A DNA stretch of 64,000 bases from Antedon mediterranea (Eukaryota > Animalia > Echinodermata). The notes beneath the pieces are model-generated. The model was not told the origin of the DNA. It saw nothing but the letters and a program-made list of their open reading frames with translations, and searched no databases. The stretch spans positions 6,562,201 to 6,626,200 of the forward strand of contig NC_092670.1 of assembly GCF_964355755.1 (NCBI RefSeq). Reading direction: 5' to 3'. The position numbers and the translations under genes are program-made. The first letter of the stretch is position 1. Each line of letters opens with the position of its first letter. Shown here in pieces: positions 50,201 through 62,007 of the stretch.

Positions 50201-53200
50201 CATTTGTTGTTTATCACCCTTTTTTACTTTAGATATTTCTTTGGGGACAGAAATAGTAACTAAATGGGTTACCATAACCGGTAAGTTTAATTGTCTTTAA
50301 CGTCATATCAAAATGCTAGTATTTAAGCATATATCCACAAACTATTAAGATTAGGCCTATGTTTAAGAATATTGTTACATTTTGTATTCTCTCTTGTAAG
50401 ATTGATATAATTTTTGCTACGGTAGACCTACAATAAAATAAGTTTTCGTCACTCACTTGATATCATAAATGTAATTGTAGATGCAACAGCGGACTTTCAA
50501 AGAGAGAGTAGTATGTCAACGATAGTAAATGGTAGGTACAATCATGTACCATGACATTTTAAACATTAAAAATGTATTATATTTAATAAAGTATCTATAT
50601 ATTCATTCTACTAAAGTGGTCGCTGAATGGCACGTGCTCAAATTTTGCACACTAATGTTTCTTAATGGGCCGCACATGATAGGCTATATCACTTTCCCAA
50701 AAATGTTAAGGACAAACACTAAAAAAGGCCAAAAAATAGCAGAGGCCATGTTTCGCGAGTTTTTACGTTACGTATCAACTGCGCAACTTTATCTGTTATG
50801 TACCGCAATGGCCGGATCTACAAATACCGTGCCTCCAAATTAAAACAGTGGTTAGTCTCGGCAGCCGCCGCCGGACAACCGTATCGACTCATCGCATCGT
50901 TAGAATTGCACGTAGCTCTCTATACAGTTCTAAATGTAAATAACAGAGACATACAATTATAGTGTTACTTATTAAAATAGTGAACATAAAATAAATATTT
51001 ACAAATAGAAACGTAAAATCATTGTATAAGTCAAGGTATTAGTTTATGTCTAAAATAAGATTTACTTGATTCAACAGCTTGTTTTGAAAATATTTATTTA
51101 ACCAAAAGCGAGGTTGTAAACCTAACATCTCCAAATTATCCTTTGAACCACGATGACAACCACAACTGTGAATGGATTGTGTATAGTCCGAAAAATACAG
51201 GAATTCTACTCACCTTTTATGACATAGACCTAGAGAGATGCTGTGACTTTTTGACGATCACTTATGTTGACGCCATCGATAACATGGAAGTGACGGAAAT
51301 TTTCACTGGAAGAAGTATTAACACAACTATTCGAGCTAAAGAAAATGTGAAGATAAGATTTCAAACAGATTTTTCAATTGTGAATAGAGGGTTTGCTCTA
51401 GAACTTGAAGTCATTGAACTATTAGGTTAGTATTCTATACCTTTTTACACAGTGTAATAATTTAAAGTTATGGACAACTCATTACTAATTAAATTATTAT
51501 ATGTTAGATTAAATAAATATAAACAACTATGAAATCAACTTACATTAAGTTTAATCGATTGTCTTATTCAATATAAGTAAATTGTTGTTGTTTTGAAGTA
51601 TAGTAGGTTGGTTTAATGCTATTCTTAATATAATCATGAAGATTAGTAGTTGTTTTTTCCCGTAGATTATCTTACTTACTACATTTGTTGTTTATCACCG
51701 TTTTTACTTTAGAAATTTCTTTGGGCACAGAAATAGTAACTGAATGGGTTACCATAACCGGTAAGATTAATTGTCTTTAACGTTATATAAAAATGCTAGT
51801 ATTTAAGTCCACACACTTTATTAAGATTAGGCCTATGTTTAAGAATATTTGCTACATTTTGTATTCTCTCTTGTAAGATTGATATGGTTTATGCTACAGT
51901 AGACCTAAAGTAAAATAAGCTTTCATCACTGACTAAATTTATTTGTAGATGCAAAAGCAGGTTTACAATCAGAGACTACTAACTCAACGATGGTAAATGG
52001 TAAGTACAATCTTACAGCATTTGTATATTTCATAAATTAATCACATTAGTGTAATTGTTTTTATTGTGTGTTAAAATCATTATCAAACGTATACCATTAA
52101 GTAAACATTTTAGAAGTTAACAACCGATTTACCGAAATGTGTCCATTTTATATTGATACGTTTCTATTTGAAGGTAGTTGTTTAGGCAAATGTGGTAGGT
52201 GGGACAAAAACTGTTATTGCGATAACATCTGTGAAGAACTTACTGACTGTTGTCCGGACTATCTATTGCTGTGTCAAAGTAAGATTTAAATTGTTCAAAC
52301 AATTTTCTAATTTTAAATTACTTGTAATTGCTCGGTACCGTACCGTTTATATCTAAACTATAGTTATTATTTATATATCGTTATATAATGTAATATATAA
52401 ATTATTTTATTAAATTTTAAACCGTCCGGTGATATAGTGAATATTAATTAATTATTCAATTTGAAAAGATAAGAAAACTACAGTTTTAATATAATTATGT
52501 TAACGTCCCTTGCTAAAAACTAGATATAATATGGACAACTCATTACTAATTAAATTATTATATGTTAGATTAAATAAATTTAAACAAATATGAAATCAAT
52601 TTACATTAAAATGTAATCGATTGTCTTATTAAATATAAGTAAATTGTTGAGACCTAGATAATTACTATTTTAATTTTCAAACATACCTTAATAATAATCG
52701 ACTACGATAGGTGGTAAGTCAACTTAAAGTCACATCCATGTTTTTTTAAATACTGAAACCTTTTGAAGTATAGTAGGTTGGTTTAATGCTATTTCTTAAT
52801 CTAATCATGAAGATTAGTAGTTGTTTTTTCCCGTAGATTATTTTTCTTACTACATTTGTTGTTTATCACCCTTTTGACTTTAGATATTTCTTTGGGGACA
52901 GAAATAGTAACTAAATGGGTTACCATAACCGGTAAGTTTAATTGTCTTTAACGTTATATAAAAATGCTAGTATTTAAGCATATATCCACAAACTATTAAG
53001 ATTAGGCCTATGTTTAAGAATATTGTTACATTTTGTATTCTCTCTTGTAAGATTTATATAATTTTTGCTACGGTAGACCTACAATAAAATAAGTTTTCGT
53101 CACTCACTTGATATCATAAATGTATTTGTAGATGCAACAGCGGACTTTCAAAGAGAGAGTAGTATGTCAACGATAGTAAATGGTAGGTACAATCATGTAC

Positions 53201-56200
53201 CATGACATTTTAAACATTAAAAATGTATTATATTTAATAAAGTATCTATATATTAATTCTACTAAAGTGGTCGCTGAATGGCACGTGCTCAAATTTTGCA
53301 CACTAATGTTTCTTAATGGGCCGCACATGATAGGCTATATCACTTTCCTAAAAATGTTAAGGACAAACACTAAAAAAGGCCGAAAAATAACAGAGGCCAT
53401 GTTTCGCGAGTTTTTACGTTACGTATCAACTGCGCAACCTTATCTGTTGTGTACCGCAATGGCCGGATCTACAGATACCGTGCCTCCAAATTAAAACAGT
53501 GTTTAGTCTCGGCAGCCGCCGCCGGACAACCGTATCGACTCATCGCATCGTTAGAATTGCACGTATCTCTCTATACAGTTCTAAATGTAAATAACAGAGA
53601 CATACAATTATAGTGTTACTTATTAAAATCGTGAACATAAAATAAATATTTACAAATAGAAACGTAAAATCATTGTATAAGTCAAGGTATTAGTTTATGT
53701 CTAAAATAAGATTTACTTGATTCAACAGCTTGTTTTGAAAATATTTATTTAACCAAAAGCGAGGTTGTAAACATAACATCTCCAAATTATCCTTTGAACC
53801 ACGATGACAACCACAACTGTGAATGGATTGTGTATAGTCCGAAAAATACAGGAATTCTACTCACCTTTTATGACATAGACCTAGAGAGATGCTGTGACTT
53901 TTTGACGATCACTTATGTTGACGCCATCGATAACATGGAAGTGACGGAAATTTTCACTGGAAGAAGTATTAACACAACTATTCGAGCTAAAGAAAATGTG
54001 AAGATAAGATTTCAAACAGATTTTTCAATTGTGAATAGAGGGTTTGCTCTAGAACTTGAAGTCATTGAACTATTAGGTTAGTATTCTATACCTTTTTACA
54101 CAGTGTAATAATTTAAAGTTATGGACAACTCATTACTAATTAAATTATTATATGTTAGATTAAATAAATATAAACAACTATGAAATCAACTTACATTAAG
54201 TTTAATCGATTGTCTTATTCAATATAAGTAAATTGTTGAGGCCTAAATAATTACTATTTTAATTTTCAAACATACCTTAATAATAATCGACTACGATAGG
54301 TGGTAAGTCAACTTAAAGTCAAATCCATGTTTTTTTAATACTAAAACCTTTTGAAGTATAGTAGGTTGGTTTAATGCTATTCTTAATCTAATCATGAAGA
54401 TTAGTAGTTGTTTTTTCCCGTAGGTTATTTTGATTACTACATTTGTTGTTTATCACCTTTTTTACTTTAGATATTTCTTTGGGCACAGAAATAGTAACTG
54501 AATGGGTTACCATAACCGGTAAGATTAATTGTCTTTAACGTTATATAAAAATGCTAGTATTTAATTTCACAAACTTTATTAAGATTAGGCCTATGTTTAA
54601 GAATATTTGCTACATTTTGTATTCTCTCTTGTAAGATTGATATGGTTTATGCTACAGTAGACCTAAAGTAAAATAAGCTTTCATCACTGACTAAATTTAT
54701 TTGTAGATGCAAAAGCAGATTTACAATCAGAGACTACTAACTCAACGATGGTAAATGGTAAGTACAATCTTACAACATTTGTATATTTCATAAATTAATC
54801 ACATTAGTGTAATTGTTTTTATTGTGTGTTAAAATCATTATCAAACGTATACCATTAAGTAAACATTTTAGAAGTTAACAACCGATTTACCGAAATGTGT
54901 CCATTTTATATTGATACGTTTCTATTTGAAGGTAGTTGTTTAGGCAAATGTGGTAGGTGGGACAAAAACTGTTATTGTGATAACATCTGTGAAGAACTTA
55001 CTGACTGTTGTCCGGACTATCTATTGCTGTGTCAAAGTAAGATTTAAATTGTTCAAACAATTTTCTAATTTTAAATTACTTGTAATTGCCCGGTACCGTA
55101 CCGTTTATATCTAAACTATAGTTATTATTTATATATCGTTATATAATGTAATATATAAATTATTTTATTAAATTTTAAACCGTCCGGTGATATAGTGAAT
55201 ATTAATTAATTATTCAATTTGAAACGATAAGAAAACTACAGTTTTAATATAATTATGTTAACGTCCCTTGCTAAAAACTGGATATAATAATAGACAACTC
55301 ATTACTAATTAAATTATTATGTGTTAGATTAAATAAATATAAACAAATATGAAATCAATTTACATTAAGTTTAATCGATTGTCTATAAGTAAATTGTTTA
55401 AATAATTACTATTTTAATTTTCTAATGGAATTACAAACATACCATAATAATATATCGACTACGATAGGTGGTAAGTCAACTTAAAGTCAAATCCATGTTT
55501 TTTTAATATTGAAACCTTTTGAAGTATAGTAGGTTGGTTTAATGCTATTCTTAATCTAATCATGAAGATTAGTAGTTGTTTTTTCCCGTAGATTATTTTT
55601 CTTACTACATTTGTTGTTTATCACCTTTTTTACTTTAGATATTTCTTTGGGCACAGAAATAGTAACTGAATGGGTTACCATAACCGGTAAGTTTAATTGT
55701 CTTTAACGTCATTTCAAAATGCTAGTGTTTAAGCATATATCCACAAAATGTATTAAAATTAGGCCTATGTTTAAGAATTTTGTATTCTCTCTTGTAAGAT
55801 TGATATAATTTTTGCTACGGTAGACCTAAAGTAAAATAACATCACTTACATGATATCATCAATTTAATTGTAGATGCAACAACGGACTTTCAAAAAGAGA
55901 GTAGTATCTCAACGATAGTAAATGGTAGGTACAATCATACAGCATGAAATTTTAAACATTTCTTTAAAAATGTATTTTATTTAATAAAGTATCTATATAT
56001 TAATGTTATTGTTTTAGACCAAAATGAGGGAACAATCAAAGAGAGTATATAATTAAAAACCAGATACAATGGTACAATACAACTACAATCTAAATAAGTT
56101 AAAGTATAAAGTTAACTTATTGTGATTACATTACTAGAAATGCGACTGATTATTTTAGCAATATACTATAACAATTTAATCAGCTTCATTACACAACATA

Positions 56201-59200
56201 GAGATGCACCGAAAAGCTATAAAAAAACAGGTGTAACTAGCCTAATACTACTACTACCAATAATTAGCAATATCCACATAAGCTTACAGCTATATATTAT
56301 TTTTAATTATTGCTTAATCAGTAACAAATCTTGTCTTATTACCTCACCAGATTGTGTTGAAAATATTTATCTAAACAGTAATGATGTTATCAACATAACT
56401 TCTTCAAATTATCCTGACAACTACGATAACAATGAAAACTGCGAATGGATCGTAGAAAGCCCTCAAAATACTGGAATTCTACTCACGTTTTATGATATAG
56501 AGCTAGAGAGCTGTTGTGACTTTTTGATTATAACCTATGTTGACGTCAATGGCGATACATTACTTATAGAGTGGAATAGTAACAACTCTCTTCTGGTTAC
56601 AACACACTTGAATATAACTTTTCAAACTGACTTGTCAGTTGTTAACAGAGGGTTTGCTCTAGGACTGAAGATTATTAACATAGGTATGTTGACATTTTTT
56701 ATTCAAGTATTTTATGCAATTTCTCAACTTAGACTTAACTGTTGATACTGAACAAATATTGATATGTTTATTTTTAAATATAAATTGAAAATGTAGAATA
56801 TTCTTGCTTTACTCGAAAAACTGATATCCATACAAATTGATATTTTACTGATTATGTGTTTTGTATTAAGGGGGTTAAATTCTCATATATTATTAATGTT
56901 CAATTCCACTCATTATTTTCTCATACATGATTATGAACTGAGCTTTTAGGAGAGTTTCAAAACTGTCTTCAAAACATTTTATGTAATAAGAAAGATTTTC
57001 ATTTCAATTTTTAACTTGTTTATATACTACTTTTGAAAGTGGATTAAATAATTTGTTTGAAGAGAAAACACGATGGATAACCCCACCGTAGATCTGACCA
57101 GCTTTATGTTGACTAAGATTGAAGAACGTGCTTGTATTGAGTGATCTTGCATTAAAATATTCTCTTTTAGACTATCAAATTATTAAACAAACCCCCTGCC
57201 TAGAAACATATTTACTTGAGCCATTAGACTTCGAAAGCGCAAGCATAAAATTTAAATTGCGACCTAATACGTTACCATTAAAGAGACGTACCTCAAGCTG
57301 GTCAGATAAAAGCAAAAATGACGGTCTATATACCCTATGTATCTCTAAATCCACCAAAGATCTTAGGAATTTCCTTTTTTCATGTCCTGCGCTCCAGAAT
57401 ATTAGACTGGAGTAATTGGCAATACTCGAGCAAAATCTATCGAATGCAATTGACGTTTGGAACCAATTTAATAATGGAACCAAATTAATAATGGAACAAT
57501 AGACCAAAAATTCATGTATGTTTTTGGTTCACCTGTACTTGATCTTCCTATATTGAAGTTGCATTCGATAGATTTTGTAAAGGTTTCACCAAACGGGCAT
57601 GGAAAAAGAGAAGGGAAATCAACAATGAAAATAATTAGTTATTTGCTTTTTAATTCCTGTATTACTTTTAATCTTGTACATAATTTATTTCAGGTTTCCT
57701 TGTACTGTAAATAGGCCTATTGTTATCATTTTTTAAAACTTTTATTTTACTTACTGTATTATGGACGCACTTTCATTCAAGAAGTGTGACACTGTTTCAA
57801 AACTATTACTTTTGTTAATGTTATTTTTTTTATAACATAATTTAGTTTAAGTTTCCTTGTACTGTAAATAGGCCTATTGTTAAATCATTTTTTCCCTCTA
57901 ACTTTTATTTTACTTACTCTGGACGCACCTACATTCAAGAAGAGTGCCACTGTTTCAAAAGTGTAGCTTCCAAATAAATTATTATATGTTGGCATTTTTT
58001 TCCTACTAATTAGAAAAACAATTAATAAGGTTCGGTTTGCGATACATCATGTGTTTCCAAACGTTAGAGGTGTCGGGCAACACTAGCCCTTCATCAGTGC
58101 AAGTGAAGGAATTTGGATAACGTCATAGTATAAGAACTGGCTGGACAGGAATAAAAGAAATACAACAAAAGGAGACGGGGTGGAGTCTGAATAAGAGTAG
58201 AAAACAAAGAAGGTAGCTTGGTAGAGATATAAACAATTTTGGAATGAAACTAAAAAACAGTTTAATGGTGGTTAATATTGAAACTTACATTTTGGTAGTC
58301 AATGGAATAATTTGAACGATCTGGGAGTATGTTCCTAATGTTACGTCCAAAAGGTTTTGTGGTTTTAAGTTGTAATTCCGAGTGGTTTTCTTTGTCTTTG
58401 CGAGTTTTGTCGCTCCATTTGACATCGTGGTCTATTGCAATAACTCTGAAATTTGCAATCGAGTAAATAGCTGAATTAAAATGTTCGGCTACAGGTTGAT
58501 CAAGCTTTAATGTTTTGATAGCTGATCTGTGTTGTGTCATTCCCCCCCATACGGAGAGTGTTTTTTGTTTCCCCGACGTACTGTTTGCCACATATATTAC
58601 AGTATATGAGATAAATGACGTTTTTTGTTAGACAATTAATTGATTGTCTTTTCCGAAAAATGCGGCCAGTTTGGTTGCTCTGAAATTTTTCAGTAGAATC
58701 AACCAATGAACAAGTTTTGCAAGATTTTTCTGTCATGAGAGTTAATTTCACTCTTAAATAATATGGATCTGACTAATATATCACGAAGGGTGGTTCCGGA
58801 AAAACAGTCCTGAGACGTTCTGTGGACTGTAGAATGGGCATATGTTTCTCAATAATAGCCCGTAATGGAGGCAACCTAGGGTGATAGGTTGTGACCAATG
58901 GCACTCTGGTCGAATTTGGCTGACGTGGTTTATACCTCAGTGTTTGACATCGAGGAATATCTTTTGCTTTCTTTATAGCAGTTTTGATGTATTCCTTCTT
59001 GTAATTTCTATTTCGGAGATGTCCGGTTAGTTCTTCGGTACGATTCTGAAACTCTAAATCTGAAGAACAGATACGTCTGATACGTAATGCTTGACTGTAC
59101 GGTATGTTTTTAGTACAGTGTCGGGGATGACAACGGCTAGGGAGCAGGTACATATTTTTATCCGTGGGTTTACGGAATAGGTCAGTTTTGAGTTACCATT

Positions 59201-61935
59201 TTCTATGGTCACTATAGTGTCCAAAAAATCAACGCTACTAGTGGATTTGGTAGCTGTAAATGTGATAGTTGGGTGCGCTGAATTAATATTGAGAAGAAAG
59301 ATTCCAAATTATCTTCACCATGGGTCCAGGTCATGAAGATGTCGTCAATGTATCTAAACCAAACAAGTGGTTTATTAGGTTGGAGGGACAGAAAATTGGC
59401 CTCAAATTGTCCCATAAATAAATTTGCAAAAGATGGCGCCATTTTTGTGCCCATCGCTGTGCTATGAATTTGAAGGTAATGGTCATATATATATACTATA
59501 TTATACAAATAATGTATATCTCACAGATCAAGAAGCTCCAGATATTATCAATTGTCCATGGGATTTGACAGTTAACACGTCTGTTGAGGCATTTGCAATC
59601 AATGTCACATGGGTTGAACCTACAGCTACTGATAACTCTGGAGAGACTCCTGTACCAGTAGCAGACTACACTTCTGGTGATAATATGTTTGGAATTGGGA
59701 ACACAACAATCCAGTACAATGTCTCAGATTCAGCTGGTAACTTTAATGATAGCTGCACTTTTGTTATCCATGTTGAAGGTAAGGGTGTACCTTATATGAC
59801 AACATTAGATTTTATTTATTTATTTTTCATTTATTCAGGTATAAACACATTTACATTCCAATATGCAGCAACAGCTAAATCGATTGGATTACAATAAAAA
59901 AAAAAAAAAAAAGCATAAAACAAGCAAATTATAAGATTCGTGCTAAGTACGGGATTGTTGATTTTCTATACCTGCATCAATCCAATTGTGCAAGTATTGT
60001 TCCTTAATCTGAAATTCCTATTAGACTTATATTGAGGTAACATATTATCCCAAAATTGTACAGACTTTAAAAGGCTCTCTCAAAACTTGTGAAGAAGATG
60101 TTGTTGTCATTGTTGTGACATTAGAATAATGAAATATTCATTCACAACCCATGAGTACATTAGTTTGTTTATATTTAGTCTTAACTAACTTTTTATTATC
60201 ATCAATCAAAAATATCCTTAATAATTCGTTTCCACTAAATTTGTATTGCCTTAATATACAAATACTCATTTTAACCAGTTTTACATTTCAATAGTATTTC
60301 GTTCGATGTTAAAAATTTGTTCTCATTAACAATGCCATTAATACAAATAATGTCACTGGCAATCCAATGGTTGTAGAAAAGCGTTTTTTTAGTTTAACGA
60401 AGTGCTTTCCCAAAAGGTGCTCATTCATTATTATAAGTTTAAAGTTATTTTTAGAGAATATATAATCTATGTAAGCTTTTATCATATATTTTTTTTGTAA
60501 AACAGTGGAATATCATCGGAATAAACATAAATAATACTAGAACATTAAATATTAAGTAAAATATTAACATCACATATTTTTTTTAAATAATAATACATTG
60601 AAATGCTTCTCCATTGAGCACCATCATTGTTCCTAATTCTTTTTAACCAGCCATGTAGTGGATGGCTTGCCTTGTTACAATTTGAGCTACAGTAATGTGG
60701 TTAACTTAGTCAAATGCAATTTATTTTGGTAATAGATAAGATAAGTCCAACGATTGACTGCCCAGCAAATGTCACTTCTAACAATTACATCGGAGAAGGG
60801 TATGGACTAGTAAATGTCAGCACAGATATAGGAAGTCCAAATGCCACTGTTACCTGGGATCCTCCTGAGACAAGTGACAATACTGGTGGACTTGTGACTG
60901 TAATGTCCTCATCTTTTGAGTCTGGTGACATGATACCAATTGGTACTAACACAATCACATATATAGCAACTGATCCTTCTGGTAATAGTGACACCTGTGT
61001 CTTTGGCCTCAAGGTTGAAGGTAAATTATATATCTTTTAAATTTGAGCAATTAGAAATTCAGGACGAATTTTATTTCATTGTTATACTATTACATATCGT
61101 AAATGTAATTGTGAATTGTGAATAAATGTCTAACTGTTACCAATATCTACTTTTTTTTAAAACCAGGGTAGCCCAATCGGTCAAAACGACTCTTTTGCCT
61201 TTGGTTGTTATGTACAAACAAAGAGTACTAAACAGAAAGTGGTCTATATTTTTATTTACATTATGAAACTTACGTGTGCCGCTCTGTACAACATAAACAT
61301 TCTTATTTATTTTGATGTTCAATATAATAAAAGATGACAAGATTATATATATTTTTTTGTAATATTTGTTACCTTGATTTTCAGTGTTGCTCTTTTTATA
61401 TGGTGACATAATATACACCTATTTTTGTATCTGTTAAATTAATTGTTTCTCTGCAAAATTGTTTATTTATATGGAATATATAATATTACTATAAATGAAT
61501 TTCAGCATTAATTGTACTAAATACGTCAGTACTACACTAAGTTTTTTTTTTTACATATAATAATATTTTTTCATGTATTCAACTAGTGCTGGAGAGTTTG
61601 TTCAATCCCAACATGATAAATATGTTCAATAAGATTTTCAATATTTATTAATTCTTGTATTTCATTTCCATTTTATTACTAAATAGACAATGAGGATCCT
61701 GTCTTGGTTTGTGCACCTAATATTACAACTACTACAGCAGATGATTCAAATCAAGCACTCAATGTCAGCTGGACTGATCCAATAGTAATTGACAATTCTG
61801 GTGAAGATATAAAACCAACGTCCAAGTACTATCCTGGAAATAATGAATTCGATATTGGTAGAACTGATGTTATATATGATTCAGTTGATAGTTCACGCAA
61901 TTCAGCAACTTGTACCTTTACTGTAACTGTTATTG
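41236..61935 (+). CDS. Gene 2 (3'-partial): secreted or cell-surface mosaic protein SP-HYR-3x(SMB,CUB with micro-exon linkers)-HYR-HYR-HYR...
   Basis: Phase-1 compatible exons: 41236-41293, 44308-44586, 47193-47243, 48290-48394, 50233-50280, 50481-50531, 51078-51425, 51713-51760, 51949-51999, 52174-52278, 52884-52931, 53132-53182, 53729-54076, 54471-54518, 54707-54757, 54932-55036, 55639-55686, 55874-55924, 56351-56683, 59527-59778, 60736-61020, 61687-61935. No stop codon is reached in the window. Confidence 0.8.
41953..44145. repeat. ~2.1-kb dispersed intronic repeat, copy 1
   Basis: Collinear, high identity to 62008-63915 from TAAATTTATTGTCATATAAAAAC to GAGAACTAATGTTATCAAATC. Confidence 0.9.
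44308..44586 (+). CDS. Gene 2 HYR exon (long variant with NNYIG insert)
   Basis: IDCPTNVTSNNYIGG...ATVTWDPP...SGDMIPIGTHTITFTATDLFGNNGTCDFVIKVE; paralog of exon 60736-61020. Confidence 0.88.
44770..46600 (-). mobile_element. Degenerate non-LTR retrotransposon (RTE-like): 5' UTR, AP endonuclease and start of RT
   Basis: Minus strand FNVRTL, CIQEHR, GGVGILLS, YSPT, QLDYMLV, SDHRIV (APE motifs), then linker and PEVWKT at the RT start. Frameshifts and stops are present; the RT core is missing. Confidence 0.88.
47311..47816. mobile_element. MITE copy 1 (~50-bp TIR)
   Basis: GAGAGGTTTCGCAATCTTACGAATACGATAACGAAAACGGATACGTCA ... TGACGTATCCGTTTTCGTTATCGTATTCGTAAGGTTGCGAAACCTCCC, TA-flanked. Absent from paralogous introns (~52060, ~54815). 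Confidence 0.92.
47832..48172. mobile_element. MITE copy 2 (same family, internally deleted)
   Basis: Same TIRs GGGAGGTTT... ...AAACCTCCC; flanks AATA / TAAT. Confidence 0.92.
48290..48394 (+). CDS. Gene 2 somatomedin-B (SMB) domain exon 1
   Basis: GSCVGKCGRWDKNCYCDNACEGLNDCCPDYLLLCQ (8-Cys SMB pattern). Not in the ORF track. Confidence 0.9.
48524..49858. mobile_element. Non-autonomous element with ~300-bp terminal inverted repeats (foldback-like)
   Basis: 48524-48823 is the reverse complement of ~49560-49858 (TCTATATATAAATTTACGTAAGGGCAAAA...GAGGAGGCTTCGCATTTT). Absent from paralogous introns (~52485, ~55245). Confidence 0.92.
51078..51425 (+). CDS. Gene 2 CUB domain exon 1
   Basis: CFENI...LTSPNYPLNH...NCEWIV...ILLTFYDIDLERCCDFLTI...IRFQTDFSIVNRGF. 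Confidence 0.92.
52174..52278 (+). CDS. Gene 2 SMB domain exon 2
   Basis: GSCLGKCGRWDKNCYCDNICEELTDCCPDYLLLCQ. Confidence 0.9.
53729..54076 (+). CDS. Gene 2 CUB domain exon 2
   Basis: Nearly identical to exon 51078-51425 (offset 2651 bp). Confidence 0.92.
54932..55036 (+). CDS. Gene 2 SMB domain exon 3
   Basis: Same peptide as SMB exon 2. Confidence 0.9.
56351..56683 (+). CDS. Gene 2 CUB domain exon 3 (diverged)
   Basis: CVENI...ITSSNYPDNYDNNENCEWIV...ESCCDFL...ITFQTDLSVVNRGF. Confidence 0.92.
57060..57990 (+). mobile_element. LINE 3' fragment (C-terminal Zn-knuckle-like region and 3' UTR)
   Basis: LETYL...KFKLRPNTLPL...TLC...KDLRNFLFSCPALQNIR resembles the degenerate CxxC...E-D-x-x-HFL-x-x-CP C-terminus of non-LTR ORF2. 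An internal ~110-bp duplication (~57693 and ~57851) precedes AATAAA. Confidence 0.6.
58020..59487 (-). mobile_element. Penelope-like retroelement relic (RT + GIY-YIG endonuclease), 5'-truncated
   Basis: Minus strand TAMGTKMAPSFANLFM, WFRYIDDIF, HPRHCTKNIPYSQALRIRRICS, PLVTTYHP, CKTC, NVIYLIYCNICGKQYVGET, PVAEHFN, split by frameshifts. Confidence 0.93.
58060..58102 (-). ncRNA. Degenerate minimal hammerhead-ribozyme motif in the PLE 3' repeat
   Basis: Minus strand CTGATGA-A-GGGC-tagtgtt-GCCC-GACA-CCTC: first core box and stem II are intact; the GAAA box reads GACA; stems I/III are not evident. Confidence 0.5.
59527..61935 (+). CDS. Gene 2 HYR exons 59527-59778, 60736-61020, 61687-61935
   Basis: HYR consensus in each, phase 1-1. 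Confidence 0.9.
59810..60070 (-). mobile_element. Short LINE 3' end fragment
   Basis: Minus strand encodes ...NFRLRNN...RYRKSTIPYLARIL* (typical non-LTR ORF2 C-terminus) and ends in an (AAAT)n tail. Confidence 0.4.
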
Positions 61936-62007
61936 GTAAGTTTGACATGTATACTCCTAATGTAACTCGATTATCTGAATATGATTGTATATTATTACTA
62001 ATAAATA

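Larger units (their letters stand above)
49860..56000 (+). repeat. Recent ~2.65-2.75 kb tandem duplication of the SMB/CUB cassette, including introns
   Basis: Equivalent micro-exons at 50233, 52884 and 55639; CUB exons at 51078 and 53729; near-identical introns, including the duplicated spurious ORFs 50529-50843 and 53180-53494. Confidence 0.93.

Noticed and set aside
50529-50843. 104-aa ORF repeated at 53180-53494
   Set aside because: Begins at a micro-exon donor and lies in an intron. Conservation is explained by the recent tandem duplication.
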